A stretch of 61,785 nucleotides of DNA from the NCBI GenBank assembly GCA_944324195.1, contig CALUVJ010000001.1:1-61785 (forward strand), in the 5' to 3' direction. Numbering within the stretch: position 1 is the stretch's first letter; each line of letters starts with the position of its first letter. The DNA is from Candidatus Gastranaerophilales bacterium. Lineage in GTDB: Bacteria > Cyanobacteriota > Vampirovibrionia > Gastranaerophilales > Gastranaerophilaceae. The notes under the pieces were generated by a model, which was given only the letters and a program-made list of their open reading frames with translations, searched no databases and was not told the origin of the DNA. Positions 38,376 through 49,900 of the stretch are shown piece by piece. Both the position numbers and the translations under genes were made by a program.

Positions 38376-38674
38376 GATTCGGACTTAAAAAGCGGCATTT
38401 AGATTTTATTATGCAGGTTTTGGCGGATAATATTCCTCAAAAAGAAGCAAAATTTTATATCTTTGGCTCCCGTGCAAAAGGCAATTACAAAGAATATTCG
38501 GATATTGATATTGCGGTCAAATTGCCTGATAAAAAGCTTTCTGCCGACATTCTCGGTAAAATTTTAATGGAATTTAGTGATTCGACTTTGCCTTATGAAG
38601 TGGATGTTATTGATTTGAATGCAATTGATGATAAGTTCAAAAACTTAATAAAAAACTCGTTAGCAGAATTGTAA
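38372..38674 (+). CDS. Minimal nucleotidyltransferase (MNT), putative antitoxin
   Basis: FGSRAKG...YSDIDIAV, VDVIDL; overlaps the HEPN stop (ATGA). Confidence 0.93.
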   Translation: MRFGLKKRHLDFIMQVLADNIPQKEAKFYIFGSRAKGNYKEYSDIDIAVKLPDKKLSADILGKILMEFSDSTLPYEVDVIDLNAIDDKFKNLIKNSLAEL

Positions 38675-38722
38675 TATGTTTTGTTGAATTTAACAGTCTC
38701 TAATCAAGTTGAAAAAATATTT

Positions 38723-38800
38723 GATGCGGTAAATCTTCGATTTACCGCATCCCAAAAAGCATCAAAAATAAAGGCGCCGCAGCAATTGCTGCGGCGCCTT
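38723..38800. terminator. Two hairpins between convergent genes
   Basis: GATGCGGTAAATC-ttc-GATTTACCGCATC and perfect palindrome AAGGCGCCGCAGCAATTGCTGCGGCGCCTT. Confidence 0.8.
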
Positions 38801-38815
38801 CTTATTAATCATATT

Positions 38816-40981
38816 TTATATAGAACATGCGCAAACGCCGTCTTTGCAGTGATAGCCGAGAGCTTCCTGAGCTTCTGCCATTCTTACCTTGATACGGCCG
38901 TCTACCGCAATGCCTTCACCTGTTTTTTCAGAAATCAACAGCGGGTTGATGTCTAATTCGTCGATGAATTTGAAATCGTTAACAAGTTGAGATAATCTCA
39001 ATAAGGTTTCTTCGATTTGTTCCATCTGAGCAGGTTTAGTACCTCTTGCACCTTCAAGAAGTTTGTATGCTTTTACTGATTTAATCATTTCTTTAGCGTC
39101 AACATCAGTTAACGGAGCGATTCTGAAAGTTACGTCTTTCATAACTTCAATAAATACACCGCCTAAACCGAACATCATCATCGGGCCGTATTGCGGGTCT
39201 GTTGCGATACCGCAAACCATTTCTCTGTTGCCCTTTACCATTTCTTGAATAATAACGCCTTCAAGACCTTCGAGTAGTCCTTTTTCTGTTAATTTTGCGA
39301 TTAAATCCTGATATTCTGCTCTTAACTGTTCTGCAGATTGGATGTTAACTCTTACACCGCCTACGTCTGTCTTGTGAGAAGTTGTTTTTGAAGTCATCTT
39401 CATAACAACAGGGTAGCCGATAGAATCTGCGATTGTTACTGCTTCATCTTCAGATTTAGCAAAACCTGATTTGCAAACTCTGATTCCGTAAGCATCCAAT
39501 ACGTCAATTGATTCACGTGTAGTTAACTGGTCTCTGCCTTCATTAATTGATTTTGCGATGATTTCCTGAGCTTTCTTGTAATCAACATCAAATGTAGGAA
39601 TTTTACCTTCTTCTCTTTCCATCCATAATCTCTGTTGGTTCAATCTGTTCAAGCCGTCAGCAGCTTCTTCAGCGTACATAAAGAACGGCATGTTAACATC
39701 CATATCAGAAATCTTGTTGAAGAATTCGCTCTTTGTCATAAATACACCGATAACAGGTTTCTGAGGATTCTTAGCCTTAATTTCCATAAGAGCTTTAGCT
39801 ACATCAATATCTTTCAAACCTAAGAACGGAAGATAGATTGTAATAATCATATCAACATTTTCATCGGCAATAACTGTTTCTAATGTTTGCTGGTAGTGTT
39901 CGATTGGAGCGGAAGCAATCATATCAACAGGGTTTTTAACAGATGCTGCAGCAGGTAAGAAGCTTCTTAATTTTTCTTTTGTAGCGTCTGTTAATTTTGC
40001 CATCTGCATACCGTGTTCACAAACAGCGTCAGTTGCCATAATGCCAGGACCGCCTGAGTTTGTAATAATAGCAACTCTGTTTCCTTTCGGAATAGGGCAG
40101 TTAGCAAAAACTTTAGCAGTAGCGAACAGGTCTTTAAGAGAGTATTCTCTGATTACGCCTGATTGCTGCAATAAAGCGTTAGCAGCTTTGTCTGCACCGG
40201 CTAATGAGCCTGTGTGTGAAGAAGCTGCGCTTGCGCCTGCGGCAGAACGTCCTGCTTTGAGAGCAAGAATAGGTTTTTTCTTCGAAATTCTTGTTGCTAA
40301 CTTTCTGAAGTTTGCAGGGTTCTGAATTGATTCCATATAAAGAAGAATTTGTTCAACGTCAGAATCGTTTTCCCAGTATTCAAGAGCTGTTTCAGCGTTA
40401 ACATCAGCCTGGTTACCAATAGAAATAAATTGAGCAAACCCGAGGTTAAGGTCTTTAAGAATATTTAAAATACCGCCGCCTAAAGCTCCTGATTGAGAAA
40501 CGAAACCAATGTTTCCTCTCTCCGGTAAAGATTCAGCAAAGCAGCCATCCATTCTAATATCAGGGTGAGTATTAACAACGCCCAGACAGTTTGGACCAAC
40601 ACATCTCATACCGTATTCACGAACTTTTGCAAGTAATTGTTTTTCAAGTTCAGCACCTTCTGCGCCTGTTTCCTTGAAACCTGCTGTAATAATGCAAAGT
40701 CCTTTAATACCTTTTTCATGGCATTGATCAATTGTTGCAAGTACAAATTTTGCGTTAACAACAATTATAGCCAGATCAACTTCTCCCGGGACTTCTAGAA
40801 CAGAAGTATAAGCCTGCAAGCCTTCAATTATACCCCCTTTAGGGTTAACAGGATAAATTTTACCATTAAAGTTGTATTCCTGTAATCTTTTCATAATATC
40901 TGAACCAATAGTGTGTTCCTTGGTAGAAGCACCAATAACCGCAATTGATTTTGGTTTCATGATTTTGTCTAAAACGTTCAT
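38816..40981 (-). CDS. ADP-forming acetate/acyl-CoA ligase, fused alpha-beta
   Basis: PKSIAVIGAS, GPNCLG, SQSGA, SHTGSLAG (phospho-His), TNSGGPG, NPVDM, HKTDVGGV, ELDINPL; no GNAT domain. Confidence 0.95.
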   Translation of the reverse strand: MNVLDKIMKPKSIAVIGASTKEHTIGSDIMKRLQEYNFNGKIYPVNPKGGIIEGLQAYTSVLEVPGEVDLAIIVVNAKFVLATIDQCHEKGIKGLCIITAGFKETGAEGAELEKQLLAKVREYGMRCVGPNCLGVVNTHPDIRMDGCFAESLPERGNIGFVSQSGALGGGILNILKDLNLGFAQFISIGNQADVNAETALEYWENDSDVEQILLYMESIQNPANFRKLATRISKKKPILALKAGRSAAGASAASSHTGSLAGADKAANALLQQSGVIREYSLKDLFATAKVFANCPIPKGNRVAIITNSGGPGIMATDAVCEHGMQMAKLTDATKEKLRSFLPAAASVKNPVDMIASAPIEHYQQTLETVIADENVDMIITIYLPFLGLKDIDVAKALMEIKAKNPQKPVIGVFMTKSEFFNKISDMDVNMPFFMYAEEAADGLNRLNQQRLWMEREEGKIPTFDVDYKKAQEIIAKSINEGRDQLTTRESIDVLDAYGIRVCKSGFAKSEDEAVTIADSIGYPVVMKMTSKTTSHKTDVGGVRVNIQSAEQLRAEYQDLIAKLTEKGLLEGLEGVIIQEMVKGNREMVCGIATDPQYGPMMMFGLGGVFIEVMKDVTFRIAPLTDVDAKEMIKSVKAYKLLEGARGTKPAQMEQIEETLLRLSQLVNDFKFIDELDINPLLISEKTGEGIAVDGRIKVRMAEAQEALGYHCKDGVCACSI

Positions 40982-41134
40982 TAGTCTCTTCCTTTCTTGT
41001 TTTTAAAAAACCACATTAAAATTATAGTACAAACACTGATTTTGGAGTAATAAATTGTTTATTTTTGTAAATAAAATTGTAAAAGTTTGTTTATGATAAA
41101 ATAGTGAATGTAAAATTAACTGAAAGGAAATTAA

Positions 41135-41935
41135 ATGATGGAAAAATTAGCAGATATTGGTGTGTTTGGCGGTTCCGGGTTTTATAAGTTTTTAGATGAC
41201 ATAAAAGAAGTAAAAGTGGAGACACCTTACGGAATGCCTTCAGACAGTTTATTTATAGGCAAAATCGGTTCACATAATGTTGCTTTTATGCCGCGTCACG
41301 GAAGAAGCCACACTATACTTCCTCATTTAATTAACTATAGGGCAAACGTTTGGGCGATGAAAGAGGTCGGCTGTAAAAGAGTTATTTCCCCTTGTGCTGC
41401 CGGAAGTTTGCAAAAACATGTAGAACCTGGTCATTTTGTTATTTGCGACCAGTTCGTAGACTGGACTGACGGAAGAAAAACAACTTTCTTTGAAGGCCCT
41501 ATTGTAACTCACCCTTCCGCAGCAGAAACATACTGCCCTGAACTCAGAAAGTTAGCAGTTAATACGGCAAAAGATTTGGGAATAAAAGTTCATGAAACAG
41601 GAACGGTTGTTGTTATTAACGGACCAAGATTTTCAACAAAGGCTGAATCAAAATTCTTTACCTCCCAAGGGTGGGAAGTAATTAATATGACTGCTTTTCC
41701 GGAAGCTTATCTTGTTAAAGAAATGGATATGTGCCCTCTGAATATTTCTCTGATAACCGATTATGATGCCGGTTTGGTTGGAGATGTTCCTCCTGTTTCT
41801 CACCACGAAGTTATACAGGTATTTAATAACAATCTGGACAATTTGAAAAAGCTTCTATTTACTATGATAGAAAAGATTCCTGCTGAAAATAATAATTGCG
41901 AATGCGCTCAAACAAGAAAACATTCACAGTTGTAA
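41135..41935 (+). CDS. mtnP: S-methyl-5'-thioadenosine phosphorylase
   Basis: GVFGGSG, TPYG.PS, RHG, NYRAN, GPRFSTKAES, INMT, TDYD. Confidence 0.93.
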   Translation: MMEKLADIGVFGGSGFYKFLDDIKEVKVETPYGMPSDSLFIGKIGSHNVAFMPRHGRSHTILPHLINYRANVWAMKEVGCKRVISPCAAGSLQKHVEPGHFVICDQFVDWTDGRKTTFFEGPIVTHPSAAETYCPELRKLAVNTAKDLGIKVHETGTVVVINGPRFSTKAESKFFTSQGWEVINMTAFPEAYLVKEMDMCPLNISLITDYDAGLVGDVPPVSHHEVIQVFNNNLDNLKKLLFTMIEKIPAENNNCECAQTRKHSQL

Positions 41936-41948
41936 TTTCAAATATAAA

Positions 41949-41982
41949 ACCTCACCCTAACCTATCCTGCCAGAAGAGGGGA
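41949..41982. repeat. Degenerate CCCTC-type REP-like unit
   Basis: ACCTCACCCTAACCTATCCTGCCAGAAGAGGGGA. Confidence 0.6.
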
Positions 41983-42000
41983 TGAGACTAAGGAGATAAA

Positions 42001-42264
42001 ATGTTATCATTTATAGCAGCTAAGTTATTTTATTTTTACTACCTATTATTAATTATAAGAATCTTTTTAACCTGGATTCCGAATATAGATTGGCACCAGC
42101 AGCCATTTTACGGTTTGCGCTCAATTACGGACCCGTTTTTGAATATATTCAGAAATGTGATTCCGCCAATCGGAATGCTTGATATTTCGCCGATTCTCGC
42201 AATTATTTTACTTATGGTTCTTCAGGGAGTTATTTGCGGATTCTTGCAAGGACTCGGCTTATGA
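42001..42264 (+). CDS. YggT/Ycf19-family membrane protein
   Basis: IRIFLTWIP, ITDPFLNIFR..IPPIGMLDISPI. Confidence 0.95.
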   Translation: MLSFIAAKLFYFYYLLLIIRIFLTWIPNIDWHQQPFYGLRSITDPFLNIFRNVIPPIGMLDISPILAIILLMVLQGVICGFLQGLGL

Positions 42265-43850
42265 TAGATATTGAGCTTATACAAAAAGCCATAGCTTTGA
42301 CTCAGAGCGGGAAAATTCAGGAAGCAAAAGAAATTTATGAAAATTTACTTAAAAAAAATCCCGATGACGGAAATTTATTATCCGTTTTCGGGCTTTTTTA
42401 CGTAAATATCGGAGATTATGACAAGGCTTGCGAAGTTTTAAAAAAAGCATGTAGAATTAATAAGACATTCGGAACGATTTCTGCTCTCGGTTTTGCGGAG
42501 TTTGAGCGCGGCGATTATTCAGAAGCTGCAAATATATTAGAAGATGCTGTAACTCTTGGTGAAAATCCGGATATTTATAATAAGCTTATTATGAGTTTGT
42601 TTGAAATCCACAATTACAAAAAGGCAGTAGAATTTGCGGATAAAATGTATGAGCTTTATCCTGAAGATGTGAGAGCAATTGCAAACAAAGTAAAATCATT
42701 GACACATTCAGGAAAACTTATTGAGGCGGAAAAACTTTGTGTGGAAGCGCTAAAAAAAAATCAAGAAGCTGCATCTCTTTGGTTTCATCTCGGTTTTTTG
42801 AAAGAACTTATACATTGCAATGATAAACAGGCAAAAGAGTGTTACCAAATTGCTGCGGAGCTTGGAAACAAAGAAGCGGATTACAATATAGCGGTAAGCT
42901 GCCAGAAACTCGGAGAGTTTGATGAAGCGGAAAAGCATTATAAAATAATGTTCGGAAGATTTCCGGATGATATCAATACCATAACTTCACTGGGTATGTG
43001 CTATCTGACACAGAAGAAATTCAAAGATGGTTATGACCTGTTTTTCAGACGGGATAAGTCAAAATTTAAAGATTTATCAAACAATTTCTGGGAACCTGGC
43101 GACAAATTGGAAGATGAAATAAACATAATATGTGACCAAGGTTACGGCGACCATATCATGTTTGTCAGATACTTACCGTTTCTTAAATATAAAAAAATTA
43201 CCGTCGGCTGCCGAGAGAGCCTAAGAGAACTTTTTTCAAAAAATTATGCAGAAGTTGATTTCATTCCCCACGAGGATTTGAACCCCGATAAACAAACAAT
43301 TTTTATAACAGATTTAGCGTACATCTTAAATATGGATTTTGATAATATTCCGTTTGCGGAAGGATACTTGAAGGCTGAATCTGCACAAATCAAGAATTCA
43401 AAGCCTAAAATCGGATTTTGCTGGGAAGCCGGAAGCGCCGGTATCAGAACCATGATTAACAGAACTATTAATATAAGATTTTTTGAAAAGATGCTTAATC
43501 TGGATAATGTTCAAATATATTCTTTTCAAGTTGATGATACATTGAACGGTAATGAAAGATATCCTCAAATGATTAATCTTGCAAAAGATTTTAAAAGTTT
43601 TTCCGATACAGCATCCGCTCTTAAGGCCATGGATGTTGTAGTGACAGTTGATACTTCCGTCGCTCATCTTGCCGGAGCTCTCGGAGTAAAAACTTTTTTA
43701 ATGCTTCCTTATGCAAGTGATTGGAGATGGTTTAGAGATACAAAAGAAACTCCGTGGTACAGAAGTGTGGAAATATTTAAACAAAAAGATTGCATTTCCT
43801 GGGAAAATGAAATTAACACAATTACAGATAAATTACAAAATTTGAACTAA
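42261..43850 (+). CDS. TPR protein with C-terminal GT9-like glycosyltransferase domain
   Basis: N-terminal TPRs; DQGYGDHIMFVRY, DTA..L..MDVVVTVDTSVAHLAGALG, DWRW, PWY.S. Confidence 0.9.
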   Translation: MIDIELIQKAIALTQSGKIQEAKEIYENLLKKNPDDGNLLSVFGLFYVNIGDYDKACEVLKKACRINKTFGTISALGFAEFERGDYSEAANILEDAVTLGENPDIYNKLIMSLFEIHNYKKAVEFADKMYELYPEDVRAIANKVKSLTHSGKLIEAEKLCVEALKKNQEAASLWFHLGFLKELIHCNDKQAKECYQIAAELGNKEADYNIAVSCQKLGEFDEAEKHYKIMFGRFPDDINTITSLGMCYLTQKKFKDGYDLFFRRDKSKFKDLSNNFWEPGDKLEDEINIICDQGYGDHIMFVRYLPFLKYKKITVGCRESLRELFSKNYAEVDFIPHEDLNPDKQTIFITDLAYILNMDFDNIPFAEGYLKAESAQIKNSKPKIGFCWEAGSAGIRTMINRTINIRFFEKMLNLDNVQIYSFQVDDTLNGNERYPQMINLAKDFKSFSDTASALKAMDVVVTVDTSVAHLAGALGVKTFLMLPYASDWRWFRDTKETPWYRSVEIFKQKDCISWENEINTITDKLQNLN

Positions 43851-43881
43851 CAAAACTTTTTTTTAGAAGTTTTTATTCTGT

Positions 43882-44589
43882 ATGATAAAAATAAATTCTT
43901 TATCAAAGCCCGTATGGAAACAATTTTCCAACGTCAAACTTTGCTCACTGTCACTCAATAAAAAAGAACTTGGCAGCATAGCTGCAAATGTTTCTCATAA
44001 AAAGGATGATTATTATATGACCACTTTATCATCCAAAAACGGAGAAATCTTAGGAACTGATTGCTTCGGACTATATCCGCAAGAGCAAAGCATGTTTGAT
44101 TTTGACATAAACACAAAATTAAATTTGCGGCGAAAATTCCGTATTGGAGAGCTTATGCGGCTTATAAGCATAATTGAAATGTTTGAAAACCATATAAACA
44201 CCATAAAATTATATTCCACAGAAACCGCCGTAAGCTTTCATGCTAAATATGGATTTAAAGCCGATATTAAAAGATTTATGCACAGAGATAAAGTTCTGGA
44301 AACTATCGCTAATGACACAAGATTTAACAATTTAGCTCAAAAAGCTGAGTTATTAATAAAACAGGTTCAAGAGTGTAAAACTCCGGCCGGATTGCGCGAA
44401 CTTTGTAAATTAACCTCAGAATTAACTGATGAATACTTAGAAAAGATTAAATTTTTAAGTTTTGCAGAACAAAAACTCCACCCCTTTAAAGAAGGATTTG
44501 ACATGAAACTCAGCAAGGAAAACGTTCTGCAAGAAAAAGACAGGTTCAATATTTTATTTGAAAAACACGGAATAGATTACAAAATCTAA
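43882..44589 (+). CDS. Hypothetical protein with GNAT-like motifs
   Basis: RRKFRIGELM, AVSFHAKYGF. Confidence 0.6.
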   Translation: MIKINSLSKPVWKQFSNVKLCSLSLNKKELGSIAANVSHKKDDYYMTTLSSKNGEILGTDCFGLYPQEQSMFDFDINTKLNLRRKFRIGELMRLISIIEMFENHINTIKLYSTETAVSFHAKYGFKADIKRFMHRDKVLETIANDTRFNNLAQKAELLIKQVQECKTPAGLRELCKLTSELTDEYLEKIKFLSFAEQKLHPFKEGFDMKLSKENVLQEKDRFNILFEKHGIDYKI

Positions 44590-45407
44590 ACCCCCGAACC
44601 TTTAACCTCTATCTTTTTTAATCTTTGCTCAATTCTTCTGTACCATTTTAGTTTCCTCTGGAATAATGTATCATACCCTTTGAAATGACCATGGCTGATA
44701 TCATTAAATTGCCTGTCACAAAGCTCTTCCAGCGTCTTTCCGAGAAAATGCGTATATTCCTTCCGGTCCGGTTTGTCACTTGTAAGTTCAATTACTTTAC
44801 CCATTTCTACAAGAACTTCCGGCCTGTTGTCACGCAAAAACATATAATTGACAGCAATCGGCATAAGATGTACTTTGCCGTATTTTTTAGCCGCCTTCTC
44901 CGCAATGTATGTTAATCCGGATTGAAGTTCAATAGGTCTGTAATTCGGCGGTTTAATTATACCTTGCGGAAATAAATAAAGGATATTATTTAAATCACCT
45001 AAAACATCAACCGAATATTTTATAGCTTCCATTGATGCTTGGGGAGATTTTTTATTAACATTGAAAGCTCCGCCGCGTCTTAGGAGCGGAAAACGGTTAA
45101 GCTCTTCTACCATCAGGCGGATTTCTTTTTTAAAAATCCTGTTACAGATATTATACCCGACAATTCCATCCCACCAATTGCTGTGAGGAGCAAAAAGAAT
45201 TATAGGCGTATCCATATCTCTCAGGTAAAAATTCTCAGCACCTTTGTAGCGGAACGCATAAAACCTGTTTTCCAGCATTCCGTAGAAAAATCTATCAGCT
45301 ACCCACAACCAAAATGGTGAAGTTTGCGCCGGCCGAAATTTTTCATCAATATTCCTTAATTTTGTCGGCGGTACTTCCGAATATAAATCCTCTAAGTTTA
45401 TAAACAT
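44586..45407 (-). CDS. Lysophospholipid acyltransferase family (PlsC-like)
   Basis: HSNWWD (Hx4D), GAF.V, LFPQG. Confidence 0.9.
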   Translation of the reverse strand: MFINLEDLYSEVPPTKLRNIDEKFRPAQTSPFWLWVADRFFYGMLENRFYAFRYKGAENFYLRDMDTPIILFAPHSNWWDGIVGYNICNRIFKKEIRLMVEELNRFPLLRRGGAFNVNKKSPQASMEAIKYSVDVLGDLNNILYLFPQGIIKPPNYRPIELQSGLTYIAEKAAKKYGKVHLMPIAVNYMFLRDNRPEVLVEMGKVIELTSDKPDRKEYTHFLGKTLEELCDRQFNDISHGHFKGYDTLFQRKLKWYRRIEQRLKKIEVKGSGV

Positions 45408-45488
45408 ATTATCTATAATACACATTTATATATCTTTTGTGAACACCTTTTAGTATTAAATTTAATCAAAATTTACAATCTATATTAA

Positions 45489-46661
45489 TTAATAATTGTA
45501 ATCTCTTAAAGGCGGCCTTGATGAATCAAATTCTCCATAGAGATTATTTTTCTTGGTTTTCCTTATATCAATCGGTACATATAAACTTTGATCTTCAAGC
45601 TCAGTTGTCTCTGTTTTCTTTAAATTAATATTAAAAATATTTTTTTCTGTTGTTTTAGTATTTTGCGGTTCAGATGATTGAATAATTTCCTGAGACTTAG
45701 AAGTTGTATCAGGAGCAGATTCTAAAACCGGTTCCGCCTTTACTTCAAGCTGCTCTAATTGCTTTTGAAGTTCCTTTTCTTTTGCTTTTTCTGCCGCTTT
45801 TTGCTTGCGTTCTTCCTGATATTGATTATATTTTTCTTTTGTATCCTCTATAGAATTGTTAACTTTTGTTTTTGCGGCATTATAATCTTTGCCGCCTTCC
45901 TTATGCCATCTTCTGTATTTTTTTGTAAACACATTATCAAAATCGCCCATATCATAATATATCTGTTTAGTTTCTTTTTCATAAACTTCAGGCGGAAGTA
46001 TGTTTTGCTGGACATTTTGCGCTATCTCAGGACAAAGCATTCTTGAATAATCCCTGATTTTCTGGAGCTGCTCAGTCTGCGGGGAAGGTCCTCTTGTAAT
46101 TATTCTGTTTTCGACAACACTAATAGTTTTATAAAAAGTATTCGACCACAATACTACGTTCCTCTGAGTATCAACAAGAGCTGCATAAGTACAAATTTTA
46201 TACGCCGGATCTACAACAGTTGCACCGGGAATATTCAGAAAATCCCACAAAGTTCTGCGCAAAATATAATTTTCCGAATCGAGATATGAAGTAATTAATA
46301 ACGCATAACGGGCTTGAGATTTATTTGCAACTTTTTTTAATTGTTCATGGTCTATATTATAAGAAGTTTTAAATTTATTTGTAAGCGCTTTTGCCGGATT
46401 ATACAAATACGGGCTGCTTTTTAACAAAGCTCTTTCTTCGCTTACAGTGGGAGCTTTTATATAATCCGTTTTATTTAAAATATTCACAACCTCATTTGCA
46501 AAAAATTCTGATGCTGCATTATAAATATATGCATCTAATGCGGCATTTTCAGTCACAATGTTATCAGGAAGAACAATCACACGATACTGTTCTTGTGCAA
46601 TTACAAACGGCGCGTATAAGATAACTATCCCAGCTGCTAATATTTTAAATAAATCTCTCAC
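45489..46661 (-). CDS. Exported hypothetical protein
   Basis: Signal-peptide-like N-terminus, globular N-half, charged coiled coil and low-complexity tail. Confidence 0.75.
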   Translation of the reverse strand: MRDLFKILAAGIVILYAPFVIAQEQYRVIVLPDNIVTENAALDAYIYNAASEFFANEVVNILNKTDYIKAPTVSEERALLKSSPYLYNPAKALTNKFKTSYNIDHEQLKKVANKSQARYALLITSYLDSENYILRRTLWDFLNIPGATVVDPAYKICTYAALVDTQRNVVLWSNTFYKTISVVENRIITRGPSPQTEQLQKIRDYSRMLCPEIAQNVQQNILPPEVYEKETKQIYYDMGDFDNVFTKKYRRWHKEGGKDYNAAKTKVNNSIEDTKEKYNQYQEERKQKAAEKAKEKELQKQLEQLEVKAEPVLESAPDTTSKSQEIIQSSEPQNTKTTEKNIFNINLKKTETTELEDQSLYVPIDIRKTKKNNLYGEFDSSRPPLRDYNY

Positions 46662-46702
46662 GATAAAATTATATCATAATTACAAAAAACCGCCAAGTAC
46701 TA

Positions 46703-46868
46703 CGTACTGGGACTTATATACAACTTTACAAACAGTATGCTTGAAATATAGCTATAATGTCATTCCGAACTTGTTTCGGAATCTTGCCGGTGGTAAGACC
46801 CTGAAACAAAGTTCAGGGTAACAATTTTAGCTTTTTTATGTAAACTGCGATATAAATCCCTACGTACG
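46703..46868. repeat. TGTC-type REP doublet inside outer imperfect inverted repeats
   Basis: Inner TGTCATTCCGAACTTGTTTCGGAATCTT / AAGACCCTGAAACAAAGTTCAGGGTAACA; outer arms 46703-46730 and 46839-46868. Confidence 0.8.
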
Positions 46869-46915
46869 GGGTATACTACTGTATAACATTTCATGATATT
46901 ATTGGAATTATCATA

Positions 46916-49900
46916 ATGAAACAAGTTTTTAGTAAATATATAATTATAATTATTAGCTTTTATGCAATTTGGATTGTGGGTCTGCCGTTTTTATTTCCTA
47001 AGACTCTAACGGAAGTGTGCGAAAACATTTCTTTAAATTCCAATTATGAAGTAAGTGTCGTGAATCCGAAATTAAGACTTTCTCTGATTCCGACTGCAAA
47101 TATCAAAGCTGATAATATTGTACTCAAATCTAAAAAAACGGATGACTTTACCCGAATTGAAAACCCTGAAATTTCTTTCAGGATTTTACCGATTTTATCC
47201 GGAAAGTTTCACATCAACAGGCTTTCAGCTTCAAATATCACCGCTAATTCTATCTTAAAAAAAGAATTAGAACTTGATGAAAATTTTTTCGCAAATTTAA
47301 ATAAAACACGAGTCAGATGCAAAGAATTAAAAATCAACACCGTCTCAGTAAACATTTACCAACCTAATATTTCAGAACCGGTAGTATATTCCGCTAAAAA
47401 TATATATTACAAAAGAAATGCCAGAGCTTTAAAATTTAACTTGCAAAGCGAACTTAAAATCAAAAACTCTAAATCGGAAGCAAATATAAATTTATATCTT
47501 CCTTCAGACAATAACGTCAAAAAAAGCATAATTGACGTAAAATTTGATAATTTTGACATAGCTCCGCTGGGAGACTATTTACGCCAGCACCTTCCGAATG
47601 ACCTCAATGAAATTAAAGGTGTTATCAACATAAGAGTTAACAAGCAAAACCTTAAAGCAACTCTTAATGATTGTGCAGTTTTGATGAAAGATGATGCAAA
47701 ATCTATTATTTTCCCCCAAAAATTGGATATAAATTCAACTTTCAATATGACCAGAAAGTTTATTAATTTTGAAAACATAGAAATCAAATCTAAAAACATC
47801 AATGCCGTAATTAATGGTTTCATATCAAATTATTTGGATAAAACTCTTACAACATTAAATCTTAATATTTGCTTAAATCAATCTCGCGTGGAAGAAATTA
47901 TCAACCTTCTTCCGCCGATTATTACAGAAGAATTTAATGTTTATAAATTAAAAAAATACAAATTTTACGGAGATGTAATAGGCAACTTTTCCGTAAAAGG
48001 CAACACCCTCGAGCCGGATATTAACGGTGATATATTCATAAATAACGGAATTTTGATTAAACCTATAAAAAATGCCGGAGGTGCAACAGTAAAACTTAAT
48101 TTTACCGGCAAATACGTAAATTTTGATGTCAATGTTCCGGCAGGAGGAATTGAAAGAGTTTGGGTAAAAGGCGGAGTTGAATTATACAATGTTAAATACG
48201 CAGATATGCGCGTTTGGAGTACAAAAAAAGTTGATTTGGAAACTGCCGAAGAAAAAGTTTTGCCTATACATGAAATTCTAAATTTTATAATCGGTCCGGT
48301 TCCCATAATGGACATCAAAGGTAACGGGAATATTGATATTACCGTAAAAGGCAACCGCAAAAACCCTCACGTATGGGGCGTTTTAAACTTCAACAACGTA
48401 AAAACTTTTTTTAATGAAATTCCGGACATGACTTTAACCAACGCCAAAGCCATTTTGAGATTTAATGATCAAGACGCCGTTTTTCAGACAGAACAAGGTT
48501 TTGTAAACGGAAAACCCATTAATATCAGCGGAACTTGCAATTTGTTCGGCAAATTTGATTTTAACGTAAAATCCGATTCACAAGATATAGGTTATTTATA
48601 CCGCGCTATAAAAACCGCGACAATGATTGATGAGCTAAAGAAAATGCTTCCGAATCTCAGTATCTGCAATGGTCCGGTAAACCTTAACATGAAAGTGTTC
48701 GGCTCAATTATTGATATTGAAAATATTCAATTTAACAAAAACCTTTTCTCCAAAGGCGAAATCGAACTTCTTGGCAATACTTTCGGAATGCAGGGCTTAT
48801 CCGTTAATGACACAAAAGGAAAAATAAACTTTGACGGAACAAATGCTGATGCTGATATTAATGCGCGTATAGGACATTCACCAATTGCTCTGAAAGCTGA
48901 AATTAAAGAAAACTTAACAGACGCAACTGTATCAATTCCAAGACTTAATATTAACGATATTTTACCTGCTGATAATGAAATTAAATCCGATTTTGGAAAT
49001 ATTTTTGCAAATATTAATGCAAAATACAAAGGACAAACAAACCAAATTGAACTTGACAAAATAGACCTTGATGCAAAAATTCTCGGTACATCTCCTCAAA
49101 ATAAATTAAAACTTTCAAACGGAATAATTAAGGTTAATAACAACAGACTTAAAGTATCCAGCCTAAAGGGCAGTATTGCGGATACCCAAAGCACATTTGA
49201 TATTAATCTTGATGCCGATAATATTTCAACAAAACCCCGCTTAAACGGACTGATTCAGCTTAAAGCTTTTGATTTGCCGGCGCTTAATTTTATAACTCAA
49301 TACTCCTTTATGCCAAAAGAACTTCAAAATATAAGTTTTGAAAAAGGCAGAATAAATACAAACATTAAAATTCATAACAATAATATAAACTCATACGCTG
49401 ATTTAGGCGGAATAATTCTGACCTATAAACCTTTGAATCTGCCGATAAAAGTTCTGAACGGCAGCTTAATGATTAGAAATAATAACTTAAGACTGGTAAA
49501 ACTTAACCTGCTTGCGGATGAAATGCCGGTTCTGCTGGACGGAGATATCAGCAGTATTCTGGATAAACAAATTTTTGATATGTATATTAACTCAAAACCG
49601 AAACAGGATTTCATAGACAAATATATCAACAAAAACCAGATATATCCGGTAAAAATCAAAGGAGACATTGTATACTCGCTGCGCGCCAAAGGAGTGCTTG
49701 ACAACTATGACCTGAAAGCCGATGTAAATATGGCTCCTGATTCAAGTATTTATCACCTCGGTGCAACAGTCGGCGACGTGGAAAATGCAATTGTACTCAA
49801 TCTTGACACAAAAATCATCAAACAAAATATCTTAAAAATCAAAGAATTTTCATACGATAAAATCATTTCATCACTCGGAAGCCGCCAAACCCGTTTAAAT

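Noticed and set aside
38681-38956. 91-aa plus-strand ORF after the MNT gene as a third TA component
   Set aside because: Spans two terminator hairpins, overlaps the convergent acyl-CoA ligase gene, TTG start, no motif.
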